Counted from the first letter of the stretch, positions 17,936 through 28,011 are shown. The stretch: 64,000 nucleotides of DNA from a bacterium (GCA_025774935.1 JALGZK010000001.1:66331-130330), one strand, 5' to 3'. Program-made: numbers and translations. The notes: generated by a model from the letters alone, not told the origin.

Positions 17936-18673
17936 ATGGATTTCTTCGACTTCAAGAACATCGCGGAACGCAACATGGAGATCGTCAACCCGACGACCCC
18001 GGAGAAGCTCTTGGAGGTCGGACGGCTTCTCGGGCTCGCTGAGGGCGACCGGGTCATCGACTTCGGCTGCGGGTACGCCGAGGCGCTCGTCCTCTGGGCG
18101 GAGAACTTCGGGATCTCGGGCGTGGGAGTGGACGTTCGCCCAGCGGCGTGCGAGAGGGCGGAGCAGAAGCTGCACGGGCGGGGCCTTTCGGACCGAATCG
18201 AGATCGTGTGCGGGAAGGGAGCCGACTACGCGTTCGAGGAGGGTTCCTTCGACGCCGCTACCTGCATCGGAGCCACGTTCGTGTGGCGGGGGTTCCTGCC
18301 CTCGGTGAGAGCCATGAAGCGCGCGATCCGACCGGGGGGGAGGCTCGCGATCGGGGAAGCGTACTGGCTCTCCGACGACGTGCCGCACGAGTACGCGACG
18401 TCGGAGCCGGAGATCCACCAGGAGCACCGGCTCCTCGAGTGGACGCGCGAGGAGGGCTTCGACGTGGAGGCGGTGGTCCGCGCCACGACTGGGGAATGGG
18501 ACCACTACGAGTCGGGCAACTGGCGCGGCCTTCTCGCATGGCTCGGCGAGAACCCCGACCACCCCGAGCGGCGCGAGGTCATCGACCACCTGCGCGAGTC
18601 CCAGGACGAGTACTTCAGGTACACCCGAAGCTGGGTCGGGTGGGCCATGTACGTCCTGCTGCCGACCGAGTAG
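17936..18673 (+). CDS. SAM-dependent methyltransferase (YjhP-like)
   Basis: I.NP.TPEKL; VIDFGCGYAE; CIGAT; IGEAYW. Confidence 0.85.
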   Translation: MDFFDFKNIAERNMEIVNPTTPEKLLEVGRLLGLAEGDRVIDFGCGYAEALVLWAENFGISGVGVDVRPAACERAEQKLHGRGLSDRIEIVCGKGADYAFEEGSFDAATCIGATFVWRGFLPSVRAMKRAIRPGGRLAIGEAYWLSDDVPHEYATSEPEIHQEHRLLEWTREEGFDVEAVVRATTGEWDHYESGNWRGLLAWLGENPDHPERREVIDHLRESQDEYFRYTRSWVGWAMYVLLPTE

Positions 18674-18711
18674 GGGCGCGGCTCCGGCGCTCCGCGAAGG
18701 AGGAGGAGAGC

Positions 18712-19269
18712 GTGGACGAGGATCGCGGGCGCATCAAGGTGTACCAGCGGTATCCCTGGTCGAGCGTTCTCATCTACAACGGAGTGACCGTCGTCCACTT
18801 CGTGCTCGGCGCCATGGGCATCGTCGCCGGGTACGGGAACTCGCCGCTCGTCACGGCGCTTGCGTGGGCGTACCTTGCGTTCGCCTTCGTCGAGATGTAC
18901 GTGATCATGCCCTTCGCCGTGTGTCGGCACTGCGCCTACTACTTCGCCGAGGACGCTCTCTGCGTCTCCGGCCTGAACGTGGTCTCGAGGCGCGTAGCTC
19001 GGCCCGGGAAGAGGAAGCGCTTCGCGGAGCGGGCGGACGGGTTCTTCAGCCACAACACGGCGTACATGGGGGCGCTCTTCCTGCCGATCGCCGCGATGAT
19101 CCCGGCGCTCTTCCTGAGCTTCTCGGCGCGGCTCCTCATCATCCTGCTTCTCGTCGTAGGGCTCCTGCTCCTCCGGTTCTTCGTGATCTTCCCGAAGATC
19201 GCGTGCGGCAGATGCGCGGCGAAGTACGATTGCCCGAACGCGGCGTCGATGGGGCTCGACAAGACCTGA
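18712..19269 (+). CDS. Four-TM membrane protein with two Cys clusters
   Basis: AGGAGG RBS; CRHC...C and CGRC....CP. Confidence 0.7.
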   Translation: MDEDRGRIKVYQRYPWSSVLIYNGVTVVHFVLGAMGIVAGYGNSPLVTALAWAYLAFAFVEMYVIMPFAVCRHCAYYFAEDALCVSGLNVVSRRVARPGKRKRFAERADGFFSHNTAYMGALFLPIAAMIPALFLSFSARLLIILLLVVGLLLLRFFVIFPKIACGRCAAKYDCPNAASMGLDKT

Positions 19270-19326
19270 CAAATGAGGATGGGGTCTCTGGGGACCGGGG
19301 CATTCCCAGACAGGAACGGAGGCGCA

Positions 19327-19713
19327 ATGGGGTATCACTTCACGAAGAAGGTCGATCTCTCGTTCGAGGAAGCGATCGCTGCTGCCGTCGAGGGGCTCAA
19401 GGAAGAGGGCTTCGGGATCATGTCGGAGATCGACGTGAGGGCGACCCTCAAGAAGAAGCTGGACGTCGACTTCCGGAACTACCGCATCCTGGGCTCGTGC
19501 CACCCGTACTACGCCCACAAGGCGCTCGAAGCGGAGCCAAAGATCGGTCTCATGCTCCCGTGCAACGTCGTGGTGGAGGAGACGCCCGGAGGGGACGTCG
19601 AGGTCTCCGCGATCGACCCCATCGCGTCGATGGCGGCGGTCGAGAACGCGGCGCTCGAGGAGATCGCACCGCAGGTTCGTGAGAAGCTCCGGAGCGTCAT
19701 CGAGAAGCTGTAG
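19327..19713 (+). CDS. DUF302 domain protein
   Basis: EGFGIMSEIDV...YRILGSCHP...IGLMLPCNVVV...SAIDP. Confidence 0.9.
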   Translation: MGYHFTKKVDLSFEEAIAAAVEGLKEEGFGIMSEIDVRATLKKKLDVDFRNYRILGSCHPYYAHKALEAEPKIGLMLPCNVVVEETPGGDVEVSAIDPIASMAAVENAALEEIAPQVREKLRSVIEKL

Positions 19714-19796
19714 GGAGGGCGGCCTCGCAGGCCGGCGAAGCACGGCCGTCGGTGCCGGCGCGGGGTAGATCTGGTCGAGGCCGTGAGGAGGTGCGC

Positions 19797-20084
19797 ATGC
19801 CGACGTACGTCATTCTCAGCCGCGTCTCGCCGGACGCGTTCGCGGATCCTGCTGGATTCCGCCAGCTGGCGAAGGCGGTGTCGGAGACGATCAGGTCCGA
19901 GTGTTCGGGAGTCACCTGGAAGTCGAGCTACGCGACGCTCGGGCGCTTCGACGTCGTCGACATCATCGAGGCGGACGACCCGAAGGACGTCGAGCGGGCG
20001 AGCCTGATCATCCGCTCGGTCGGGCACTCGATCACCGAGACCATGGTCGCGATACCGTGGCAGGAGTTTCTGGACGCGCTCTAG
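19797..20084 (+). CDS. GYD domain protein
   Basis: YATLGRFDVVDIIEA...TETMVA. Confidence 0.85.
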   Translation: MPTYVILSRVSPDAFADPAGFRQLAKAVSETIRSECSGVTWKSSYATLGRFDVVDIIEADDPKDVERASLIIRSVGHSITETMVAIPWQEFLDAL

Positions 20085-20093
20085 GCGAACATC

Positions 20094-20109
20094 GGGGTGA
20101 ACTCACCCC
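20094..20109. terminator. Hairpin between convergent genes
   Basis: GGGGTG-AACT-CACCCC. Confidence 0.4.
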
Positions 20110-20120
20110 AGGGGGCGGCC

Positions 20121-20291
20121 TCACGTGGAGCCCTTGCGCGTGTCCTCGAGATCGCGGGCGAAGAACCGCGCGTCCGAGTCGAAGTGACAGTGCTTGTACT
20201 TCTTGCCGCTGCCACACCAGCAGGGCTCGTTGCGGCCGAGACACGCGGCCGACTTCGGCGGACGGCGCCGGAGTCTGTCCATGAGACCCAT
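20121..20291 (-). CDS. Small SEC-C metal-binding motif protein
   Basis: [18 protein letters not shown]; AGAGGA RBS. Confidence 0.85.
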   Translation of the reverse strand: MGLMDRLRRRPPKSAACLGRNEPCWCGSGKKYKHCHFDSDARFFARDLEDTRKGST

Positions 20292-20452
20292 CGCGAGATC
20301 CTCTGTCGGACGGCGCCTTGGAGGACGTCTCCGAGTCGATCCGACTGCTCCCGGACGACCCGGGCACGTTACTGAACACAGTCTCCGATGCAAGTATAGC
20401 GCCAGAAGAGCCCAGAGTCCAGCCAACGCCGGCTGAGCAGGGAGGTGTACGC

Positions 20453-20965
20453 GTGAAGCCGAGGATCATCGAGAAGGAGCCGATCATCATCGCGGGGATG
20501 GACTTCTACGGCGACCCGTTCACCGCAGAAGGGTGGTCGGAGGGGAACGAGATCGGCAAGCTGTGGAGCAGGTTCAGCGCGTTCATGGACGCCAACGGAG
20601 ACCGGGTGAAGAACGTCGTCGACCCGAACGTTGGCTTCGAGGCGCACTACGAGCCGGCGGAGTACGGAGAGACGAAGAGCTTCTACGTGATGGTCGGCCT
20701 GGAGGTGTCGGCGGCCGACGGGCTTCCCCTCGAACTGTGCGTGCGCGTCTTCCCCGCGACGACCTACGCTGTCTTCACCTTCGCGGGCGACGACATCAAG
20801 TCGAACTGGCCGGACAAGATCTTCAAGGAGTGGATGCCCGACTCGGGATACGAGGAGGCACACAAGTTCCTCTTCGAGGTCTACGACGGCGACCGCTTCA
20901 AGGGTATGGACAAGCTCTCGGAATCCGAGCTTGACGTGTACGTTCCCATCAGACAGAGTCAGTGA
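20453..20965 (+). CDS. GyrI-like small-molecule-binding domain protein
   Basis: EIGKLWSRF; YMVGLEV; YAVFTF; EWMPDSGY; FEVYD. Confidence 0.85.
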   Translation: MKPRIIEKEPIIIAGMDFYGDPFTAEGWSEGNEIGKLWSRFSAFMDANGDRVKNVVDPNVGFEAHYEPAEYGETKSFYVMVGLEVSAADGLPLELCVRVFPATTYAVFTFAGDDIKSNWPDKIFKEWMPDSGYEEAHKFLFEVYDGDRFKGMDKLSESELDVYVPIRQSQ

Positions 20966-21066
20966 CCGATCGACGTCTCCCCGGGCGGCGCGACCTCGGT
21001 CGCGGACGCGACTCCCGCGCGAGGCGAAGCCACACGCGTTCCACTCACTCCACCGGAGCTCTGACG

Positions 21067-21465
21067 ATGCGTATCCTGCGGTTCGTGACGTTCGCCGGCA
21101 CGGCGCTCCTCGTTGTCATCAGCTGTGTGTCCTGTGGCGGGGGAGGACAGAAGACCCCGACTACGAACGAACTCACCGACATGATCGAGACGGCCACCCA
21201 GGAACAGATCAAGGACAAGTACGGCTACCCGACCGCCGTTCTCTACGAGAGCGCCGACGTGGTCGTCTGGGTCTACCAGGAGGGCGGAGAGACCGTGCGG
21301 GCCGACGACTACAGATTCCACACGGGCTCGGCCCCGTGCTTCATGTACGGGCTGTGGTTCTCTCCTGAGGGGGTGCTCGACAAGTGGGAGAAGCGCTCGT
21401 GCGCCGACGCTCCGGACCCGGCCGCCGTGTTCGAGCTCGGGTACGCGCCCATCGGCTCGAAGTAG
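21067..21465 (+). CDS. Hypothetical lipoprotein
   Basis: Signal peptide ending VSC. Confidence 0.6.
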   Translation: MRILRFVTFAGTALLVVISCVSCGGGGQKTPTTNELTDMIETATQEQIKDKYGYPTAVLYESADVVVWVYQEGGETVRADDYRFHTGSAPCFMYGLWFSPEGVLDKWEKRSCADAPDPAAVFELGYAPIGSK

Positions 21466-21517
21466 GGGAGGCGTCGCGCCGACGCGATGCCCGGCGTGCG
21501 GTCGCGCGGGAGGTTCT

Positions 21518-22018
21518 ATGAGAAGGGTCCTTGTCGACGGGAAGCCCGCCCTCGAGCGGGCGGCCGCCATCCTCCTGACAGCGGTTCTCCTGTGGCTCAC
21601 GGCAGCCGGCTGCGGCTCCGAGACCCCGCGGGGCGCGGTGGAGGCGGGACTCAGTCCCGCCTACACCGGACTGGAGTGCCCGCGCGGGACGGTGACGCTC
21701 GACCTCGAGGGGAACGGGAGCTTCGAGCTCAGGCGTGTCGCTCCGGGCGGCGATGCGGGGCACTCCGTGCTCGAGAGCGTCCGCGGGAGCTGGGTCTACC
21801 ACGTCGAGGGCGAGCTCGTTCTCTCGAGCCAGGACTGGGAGGCCGTCTTCGCGCCGGACACGACGGTCGTCAGATTCGACAACGACGACTACGTGCTCCC
21901 AAGCCTGATGTGGCTGAGGAGCACAGAGCCGACCTTCGCGGACTCGTGCGAGCTCGTATCGAGACCCGACCTCGATGCGGTTCTCCACCCCGGCGGAGGT
22001 CGCCAGGCCAGCTGGTAG
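21518..22018 (+). CDS. Hypothetical lipoprotein (NlpE N-terminal-like)
   Basis: Lipobox AAGC; YTG...TLDLEGNGSFEL...GSW. Confidence 0.55.
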   Translation: MRRVLVDGKPALERAAAILLTAVLLWLTAAGCGSETPRGAVEAGLSPAYTGLECPRGTVTLDLEGNGSFELRRVAPGGDAGHSVLESVRGSWVYHVEGELVLSSQDWEAVFAPDTTVVRFDNDDYVLPSLMWLRSTEPTFADSCELVSRPDLDAVLHPGGGRQASW

Positions 22019-22042
22019 CAGGCGAACGGAGGTTCTTGCCGG

Positions 22043-22534
22043 ATGCTGGACACAGCGCAGCAGGTGAGACTGCTCGAGGTCTTCGCGGAGCACGAGAGTG
22101 AGATCTCGCGCCTCTACGAGACCTACGCTTCAGTGTTTCCGGATCACCGGCGGTTCTGGAACGACCTCGCGGACGACGAGGCGAACCATGCCGACTGGGT
22201 CCGGTCGCTCGTTCCTCTCGTCGAGGACGGCTCCCTTGGGCTCAGGGAGGACAGGTTCGCGAGAGCTGCGATCGAGACGTCGCTCAGGTACATCAGAAGG
22301 AGGGCGGGCGAGGCTTCGGTCGAGTCGCCGGGCTTCATGAAGGCGCTGGTGATCGCCCTCGACATCGAGGACGCCATGCTCGAGAAGCGGTTCTTCGAGA
22401 TCGCTGACGAGGACACGCCGGAGTTCCGGCGCGTGATGAACTCGCTCCAGAGGGAGACCGAGAGGCACCGGACGGCGCTTCGGACGGCGCGGGAGGCGGC
22501 GGAGAAGCACGGGCGACAGGGAACGGGCGGCTGA
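22043..22534 (+). CDS. Ferritin-like/rubrerythrin-family protein
   Basis: E...LY...DEANH and ALDIE...ETERH di-iron pattern. Confidence 0.75.
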   Translation: MLDTAQQVRLLEVFAEHESEISRLYETYASVFPDHRRFWNDLADDEANHADWVRSLVPLVEDGSLGLREDRFARAAIETSLRYIRRRAGEASVESPGFMKALVIALDIEDAMLEKRFFEIADEDTPEFRRVMNSLQRETERHRTALRTAREAAEKHGRQGTGG

Positions 22535-22579
22535 CCTAGAGCAGAGCGACGGCGCAGTTGGACGGAGTCGGAGGAAGCG

Positions 22580-23497
22580 ATGGGAACAAGGCCTCTCGCG
22601 GGACTGGAGGTCGTTGCGGTCCGCTACTGGGGGAGCGGCCGCGAGCGCCAGGCGGTCTGCGCTCTCGACGCGTACGAAGCGGAGGGAGCCTACGCCGCTG
22701 CCGGCGTTCCGTTCACCGTCACCGAGCCCGGACTTCCGGCGGACGCGGAGTACGCGAGCGACACCGAAGTGCTCGGGGCGCTCGGTGGTGAGATCGCGGG
22801 CGTGGTGGCGGCGGCGAGCCGGGAGGGGCGCGGCGTGCTCGTCGTCGGAGGTAACTGCACGCACATGCCCGGGGTGATCGGAGGGCTGGAGGACGCTCAC
22901 GGAGCGGACGTCCGGATCGGTCTCGTCTGGTTCGACGCGCACGGCGACTTCAACACGCCGACGACGTCGCTCACGGGATTCCTCGGCGGTATGCCGGTCG
23001 CGGTCTGCGCGGGGCTCGCGCATCCCGAGTGGCGCGAGGGCTCGCACATCGCCGCCCCGCTTCCGACCGACAGGATCGTGATGGTCGACGTGAGGAACCT
23101 CGACCGTGACGAGGAGCGTCTCATCCGCGCCACGGACGTCATCATCGCGGGAGCCAGCCCGAAGCGGACCGGAGAGGACCTCGGAATGGCAGTGAGCGAG
23201 CTTGCCGACAGGACCGATCTGATCTACCTCCACATCGACGCCGACATCCTCGACGAGACGATGGTCCCGGCGCACCGGACGCGGGAGCCGCGGGGGCCGG
23301 GGATGAAGGAGCTGAGCGTCGCCGTCGACGCGGTCATGGCGACCGGAAAGGTCGCGGCGTACGCGGTCGTCTCGGTGTGCGGGAGTCCTGAGGAGAACGA
23401 GGTGGACATGGCGTCGGGCACGGCGCTCGTCCGCGCGGGCCTCGAGTCCTGGGCAAGGCACGGGATGCCGGATTCGCTCGGAGGGGGCAGTCGATGA
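22580..23497 (+). CDS. Arginase family protein (second, divergent)
   Basis: GGNCT, WFDAHGDFNTP, GMP, HIDADILD. Confidence 0.85.
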   Translation: MGTRPLAGLEVVAVRYWGSGRERQAVCALDAYEAEGAYAAAGVPFTVTEPGLPADAEYASDTEVLGALGGEIAGVVAAASREGRGVLVVGGNCTHMPGVIGGLEDAHGADVRIGLVWFDAHGDFNTPTTSLTGFLGGMPVAVCAGLAHPEWREGSHIAAPLPTDRIVMVDVRNLDRDEERLIRATDVIIAGASPKRTGEDLGMAVSELADRTDLIYLHIDADILDETMVPAHRTREPRGPGMKELSVAVDAVMATGKVAAYAVVSVCGSPEENEVDMASGTALVRAGLESWARHGMPDSLGGGSR

Positions 23498-24105
23498 GGA
23501 AGAGACCCGGGACCGCGTGGGTGGGCGCCTTCACACTCGCTGCCGTTGTCATCGTCGCGATGCTCGTCGGCTGTTCGGACGAAAAGGAGGAGCCCCCGAA
23601 GCTCACTCCCGAGCAGATCGCGGAGGCGATGGGGTTCCGGGCCGAGGTGACGGTCCCCGTCGGCGAGGCGGCGTCCGTGGGCACTTTCCTGGCGGCCGTG
23701 ACGTATCCGGACGGAACGACGCAGCTCGTGGAGGGAGAGCGGGACGGAAGCGTGGCCGCCGTGTGGCTCTGCGACCTGGGCGGGGACGGCGTGCTCGAAC
23801 TCGTGATCGTGACGGCATCCGCGGGAAGCGGTTCGTACGGGGCGGTGGCGGTCTATCGCCAGGACGGCGGACGCTTCGCGCCTGTGGAGATCGCGGGGCT
23901 CGACGAAGGACAGCGCGAGGGCTACGCGGGGAACGACACCTTCGGCGTGACAGACGGGCAGCTCGTCAGGAGCTTCCCCGCGCACGTCGAGGGAGACGAG
24001 AGCGAGAGCCCGAGCGGGGGCACGACCCGACTCGTCTATTCGTTCGACGAGAGTCGGTGGCTCGAGGAGGCGAACGGTGAGCGACAAACAGCCACTCATC
24101 AGTAA
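23494..24105 (+). CDS. Lipoprotein (PliI-like candidate)
   Basis: Lipobox LVGC; RDGSV...DLGGDG..EL....SAGSGSY. Confidence 0.55.
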   Translation: MRKRPGTAWVGAFTLAAVVIVAMLVGCSDEKEEPPKLTPEQIAEAMGFRAEVTVPVGEAASVGTFLAAVTYPDGTTQLVEGERDGSVAAVWLCDLGGDGVLELVIVTASAGSGSYGAVAVYRQDGGRFAPVEIAGLDEGQREGYAGNDTFGVTDGQLVRSFPAHVEGDESESPSGGTTRLVYSFDESRWLEEANGERQTATHQ

Positions 24106-24400
24106 GGCGTTCCTGTCATTCCAGAAGGACACACCGGACCACGCCAGGGCGTGGGGTGAGCTGGTCGTGAAACTCTCGCAGGCGAGCGCGCTCGACGCGA
24201 AGACCGGACAGCTGGCCTATCTGGCCGTGCTTGCCGCGCTCGGGCGCACCAGCGGGATCCCCTTCCACGTGCGACAGGCCAAGGAGTCGGGCGCGACGCG
24301 CGACGAGGTTCTGAGCGCGATCCTGACCGGGCTCCCGGCGGCTGGGCACGCCGTCACCCAGTCGCTGCCTCCGGCCGTCGAGGCGTACGATGCCGATTAG
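24077..24400 (+). CDS. Carboxymuconolactone decarboxylase family protein (no CxxC)
   Basis: SALDAKT..LAYLAVLAA....SGIPFHV..AK..GATRDEV.SAIL.GLPAAG. Confidence 0.9.
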   Translation: MSDKQPLISKAFLSFQKDTPDHARAWGELVVKLSQASALDAKTGQLAYLAVLAALGRTSGIPFHVRQAKESGATRDEVLSAILTGLPAAGHAVTQSLPPAVEAYDAD

Positions 24401-24418
24401 CGACGGGCGGCGCACAGC

Positions 24419-25969
24419 ATGAGCGGCCGAGCGGCCAGGACGCAGTCACGCGTCAGGTGGATCGGTCTCATCGCCGGTCCGGCGGTCGCGTTGCTCGTCT
24501 ACTTCCTCCTGCCGGAGACCTTTCGGGACACCGAAGGACAGACGGTAGTCTTCAGCCACGCGGGGCGCGTCACGGCGGCGCTCGCCGTGTGGATGGCGAC
24601 GTGGTGGATGACCGAAGCGCTCCCCGTCTACGCGACGGCGCTCCTCCCGCTGGCGGTCCTCCCGATCGCCGGGGCCGTGCCTATCCGGGACGCGGCGGCG
24701 CCGTACGCGCACGAGCTCATATTCCTCTTCATGGGCGGGTTCATGGTCGCCCTCTCCATGCAGAGGTGGAACCTGCACAGGCGGTTCGCATTCTCCGTCC
24801 TCAGGCTGGTCGGTTCGCGGCCCCGTCGTCTCGTCGGCGGGTTCATGCTGATCACGGCGGCGCTCAGCATGTGGGTCTCGAACACGGCCACGACGATCAT
24901 GATGCTTCCGATCGCCCTGAGCGTCATCGGGCTCCTCCGCCGGCGCGATCAGGGTGCCGACGCGTCCGGCGCCGGACCGCCAGGTCCGTTCGGCGGCGAT
25001 GCGGGCGACGGCTTCGCGCTCTGCCTTCTGCTCGGGATCGCCTACGCGGCGTCGATCGGCGGCATCGGTACGCTCATCGGGACGCCGCCGAACCTCTTCC
25101 TCGCGTCCTACGTGAAGAGCAACCTGGGGATCGAGATCAGCTTCGTCCGGTGGATGGGGATCGGGATACCGCTCGTCGTCATCTTCCTGCCGGTCACGTG
25201 GCTCCTTCTGACGAGGATCGTCTTCCCGCTGCGGGACGCCGGAGCGGACCGCGGGCCGCTCGAGATCCCCGGGGTGTCCGAGGCGCTCGGTCCGATGAGC
25301 AGGGGGGAGCGCGCTACGTTCGTCGTGTTCGCGCTCACGGCCCTGGCCTGGATCTTCCGGCCGATCCTCACGAGGATCGAGGTCGTGGGGTCTCGGCCGC
25401 TCGCAGGCCTCTCCGACCCCGCGATTGCGATGGTCGCCGCGCTCGCGCTCTTCGTGATCCCGGTGGACCGCCGCGAGCGCGTTTTCGTGATGGACTGGGG
25501 GACCGCGGCGAAGCTGCCGTGGGGGGTGCTCCTGCTGTTCGGGGGAGGACTGAGCCTGGCGGCGGCCATCAGGGCGAACGGCGTGGGGGAGTTCATCGCG
25601 AACCAGGTGGGCGCGTTCGCGGGACTGCCCTCGGTCGTGCTCGTCGTTCTGGTGGTGACGTTGCTGATCTTCCTCACGGAGCTCACGAGCAACACGGCGA
25701 CGACTGCGACGCTCGTCCCGATCCTGGCATCGCTCGCGCCAGGCATGGGACACGACCCGTTCGTGCTCATCGTGCCTGCCGCGATCGCCGCGAGCTGCGC
25801 GTTCATGCTCCCGGTGGCGACGCCGCCCAACGCGATCGTGTTCGGCTCCGGTCACGTGACCGTGCCGCAGATGGCGCGCGCCGGCTTCTGGTTGAACGTC
25901 ATCGGCATCGCTCTCATCACGGCGCTCACCTACGCCGTGGCGATGCCGCTTCTGGGGATCTCGTTCTAG
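24419..25969 (+). CDS. DASS/SLC13 sodium:dicarboxylate or sulfate symporter
   Basis: SMWVSNTAT, GTPPN, TSNTAT, MLPVATPPNA. Confidence 0.92.
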   Translation: MSGRAARTQSRVRWIGLIAGPAVALLVYFLLPETFRDTEGQTVVFSHAGRVTAALAVWMATWWMTEALPVYATALLPLAVLPIAGAVPIRDAAAPYAHELIFLFMGGFMVALSMQRWNLHRRFAFSVLRLVGSRPRRLVGGFMLITAALSMWVSNTATTIMMLPIALSVIGLLRRRDQGADASGAGPPGPFGGDAGDGFALCLLLGIAYAASIGGIGTLIGTPPNLFLASYVKSNLGIEISFVRWMGIGIPLVVIFLPVTWLLLTRIVFPLRDAGADRGPLEIPGVSEALGPMSRGERATFVVFALTALAWIFRPILTRIEVVGSRPLAGLSDPAIAMVAALALFVIPVDRRERVFVMDWGTAAKLPWGVLLLFGGGLSLAAAIRANGVGEFIANQVGAFAGLPSVVLVVLVVTLLIFLTELTSNTATTATLVPILASLAPGMGHDPFVLIVPAAIAASCAFMLPVATPPNAIVFGSGHVTVPQMARAGFWLNVIGIALITALTYAVAMPLLGISF

Positions 25970-25996
25970 CGCGGGCGCGCCCGCGACGGGGTGATC

Positions 25997-26473
25997 ATGG
26001 TGGAGTTTCGCGAGATCGGCGTGATACGGACCCCGCACACGGACGTGTCCGACATGCCGATTCAGCCTGCGGGTGCGGAAGGGGTCAAAGGAAGCGTCGA
26101 GGTCCACCCGGAGTTCGTCGAGGGGCTCAGGGATCTGGACGGCTTCTCGCACGTGATCCTCGTCTACCACCTGCACGAAGTGCGGGAGACGCGGCTCACG
26201 GTGACGCCCTTCATGGACACCGAGCGGCGCGGGGTCTTCGCGACGAGGGCGCCGGTGCGCCCGAACCCGATAGGCATCTCGACCGTCAGGCTCGACGGCG
26301 TCAGAGGGTCGACTCTCGACGTCGACGGCGTCGACATGCTCGACGGGACGCCGCTCCTCGACATCAAGCCGTACGTCCCGGACGCCGACGAGCGGAAGGA
26401 CGTCCGGGTCGGGTGGCTCGCGGGCGCGAGCGAGCGGTGGAAGCGTAAGCGGTCGGACGGCAGGTTCGGGTAG
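25997..26473 (+). CDS. tsaA: tRNA m6t6A37 methyltransferase TrmO (TsaA)
   Basis: GVFATRAPVRPNPIG; DMLDGTPLLDIKPY. Confidence 0.88.
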   Translation: MVEFREIGVIRTPHTDVSDMPIQPAGAEGVKGSVEVHPEFVEGLRDLDGFSHVILVYHLHEVRETRLTVTPFMDTERRGVFATRAPVRPNPIGISTVRLDGVRGSTLDVDGVDMLDGTPLLDIKPYVPDADERKDVRVGWLAGASERWKRKRSDGRFG

Positions 26474-26522
26474 CTGCGCGCGGGTACGGCTCCCGGCGCG
26501 ACAGCGGATAAGGAGGACGGAC

Positions 26523-26840
26523 ATGCCCTTTCTGGAGCTGAAGGACATCGAGGTCGCGGAACCCGTCACGGGATTCCGCGCGCGGGTCGTGAACACTGCC
26601 GGCATGACGGTCGCGCACTGGGAGATCGACGCGGGAGCGGTCATGCCTGAGCACCACCACCCGAACGAGCAGGTGGTCAACGTGATCGACGGGGAGTTCG
26701 AGCTGACAGTCGGCGGCGAGACGCGGAGGATGGGGCCGGGGTCGCTGGCCGTCATCGACCCGGACGTGCCGCACTCGGGGACGGCGATCACCGCGTGCCG
26801 GATCGTCGACGCGTTCCATCCGCCCAGGAGCTACGACTAG
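26523..26840 (+). CDS. Cupin domain protein
   Basis: PEHHHPNEQ...VPHSG...DAFHPPR. Confidence 0.88.
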   Translation: MPFLELKDIEVAEPVTGFRARVVNTAGMTVAHWEIDAGAVMPEHHHPNEQVVNVIDGEFELTVGGETRRMGPGSLAVIDPDVPHSGTAITACRIVDAFHPPRSYD

Positions 26841-26895
26841 GTCGGGGTCGTGGCGGCGAGGCCCGGTCGAGGGGCCAGTGAGAGGGAGGCGCAAG

Positions 26896-27105
26896 ATGAA
26901 GTACGGAGCGAGGAACGAGATCAGAGGGACCGTGAAGTCCTTGAAGACGGGCGACGTCATGGCGATCGTGAAGTTCGACGTGAAGGAGCCGTGCGAGATG
27001 GCCTCGGTCCTGACGGCGGAGTCGGTCGAGCGCATGGGGCTCGCCGAGGGCGACGAGGTTCGCCTCGTGATCAAGGCGGTCCACGTGCTTCCGGTCAAGG
27101 AGTAG
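26896..27105 (+). CDS. TOBE/molbindin (Mop) domain protein
   Basis: GARNEIRGTV...SVLTAESV..MGL..GD.V...IKA. Confidence 0.88.
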   Translation: MKYGARNEIRGTVKSLKTGDVMAIVKFDVKEPCEMASVLTAESVERMGLAEGDEVRLVIKAVHVLPVKE

Positions 27106-27126
27106 TGGGGGAGACAGGGGGAGAGG

Positions 27127-27492
27127 TTGGCGAGAGAGAACCCGGGTCTCCACGAGCGGATCTATCGGGTCGTCCGAATGGTCCCGAAGGGACGCGTGGC
27201 GACCTACGGGCAGATCGCCGAGATCGCCGGGGGCTGCACGCCGCGGATGGTCGGATACGCGATGGCGGCAGTCCCGTTCGGGAGCAACGTCCCCTGGCAT
27301 CGCGTGATCAACAGCCAGGGGCGAATCAGTGTCCGAGGAGACGGCCGGGAGTCCCCCGAGCAGCGGGCGATGCTCGAAGCGGAAGGCGTGGTATTCAGCG
27401 GGAGCGGCCGCGTCAGTCTGAAGGAGTACGGCTGGACCGGTCCCGGGGTGTCGCGCGGGCGCTCGAAGGGACGAGGGGCGCGCCGGAGCTGA
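27127..27492 (+). CDS. Alkyltransferase-like protein (ATL, PWHRV)
   Basis: GRVATYGQIA; VPWHRVINSQG. Confidence 0.88.
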   Translation: MARENPGLHERIYRVVRMVPKGRVATYGQIAEIAGGCTPRMVGYAMAAVPFGSNVPWHRVINSQGRISVRGDGRESPEQRAMLEAEGVVFSGSGRVSLKEYGWTGPGVSRGRSKGRGARRS

Positions 27493-27500
27493 GGTGCACG

Positions 27501-27914
27501 TTGGCGAACACGGAAGACCGCACAGACAAGAAGCGGGCGAAGTACGAAGCGAAGGCGGAGAAGGCACGCGCCAAGGCCGACCTCAAGGCGGCCGAGGCGC
27601 GCGAGCGCGCCCGCGTCGAGGAGACCAGGGTCCTCGCGGAGGTCGGCGGCAGGGGCCTGCCGAGAGGTGTCGGGATCGCTCTCGAGAGGCGCGGCGGGAC
27701 GTCGCAGCTCGTCGTCTCCGGCCTGAGCGAGGAAGCGGTCGACCGGCTCGTGCCCGAGATCACGAAGGAGCTCCTGATCGGAGCCGCGGCCGAGCGGAGC
27801 CGCCTCCGCGCCGGGGCGATGAGGTTCGTTCGCGAGGGGGTCGTCCCGACGATCGTCAAGGTGGTAGCCGGACTGATCGTCGGCTACCTCGTGATCCGCT
27901 TCGGGCTCAGGTAA
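27501..27914 (+). CDS. Hypothetical protein with C-terminal TM
   Basis: GAGG RBS and TTG start; charged helix, then TM. Confidence 0.55.
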   Translation: MANTEDRTDKKRAKYEAKAEKARAKADLKAAEARERARVEETRVLAEVGGRGLPRGVGIALERRGGTSQLVVSGLSEEAVDRLVPEITKELLIGAAAERSRLRAGAMRFVREGVVPTIVKVVAGLIVGYLVIRFGLR

Positions 27915-28011
27915 CCGTTCGGCGCGGGCAGCGAGGGCAACGGCTTCCGGTTCCGCCTCGCGGCGCGGCTCGAGCCACCGCGCAGGGGCGACTTGTGCGG
28001 CGGTGATTCCG

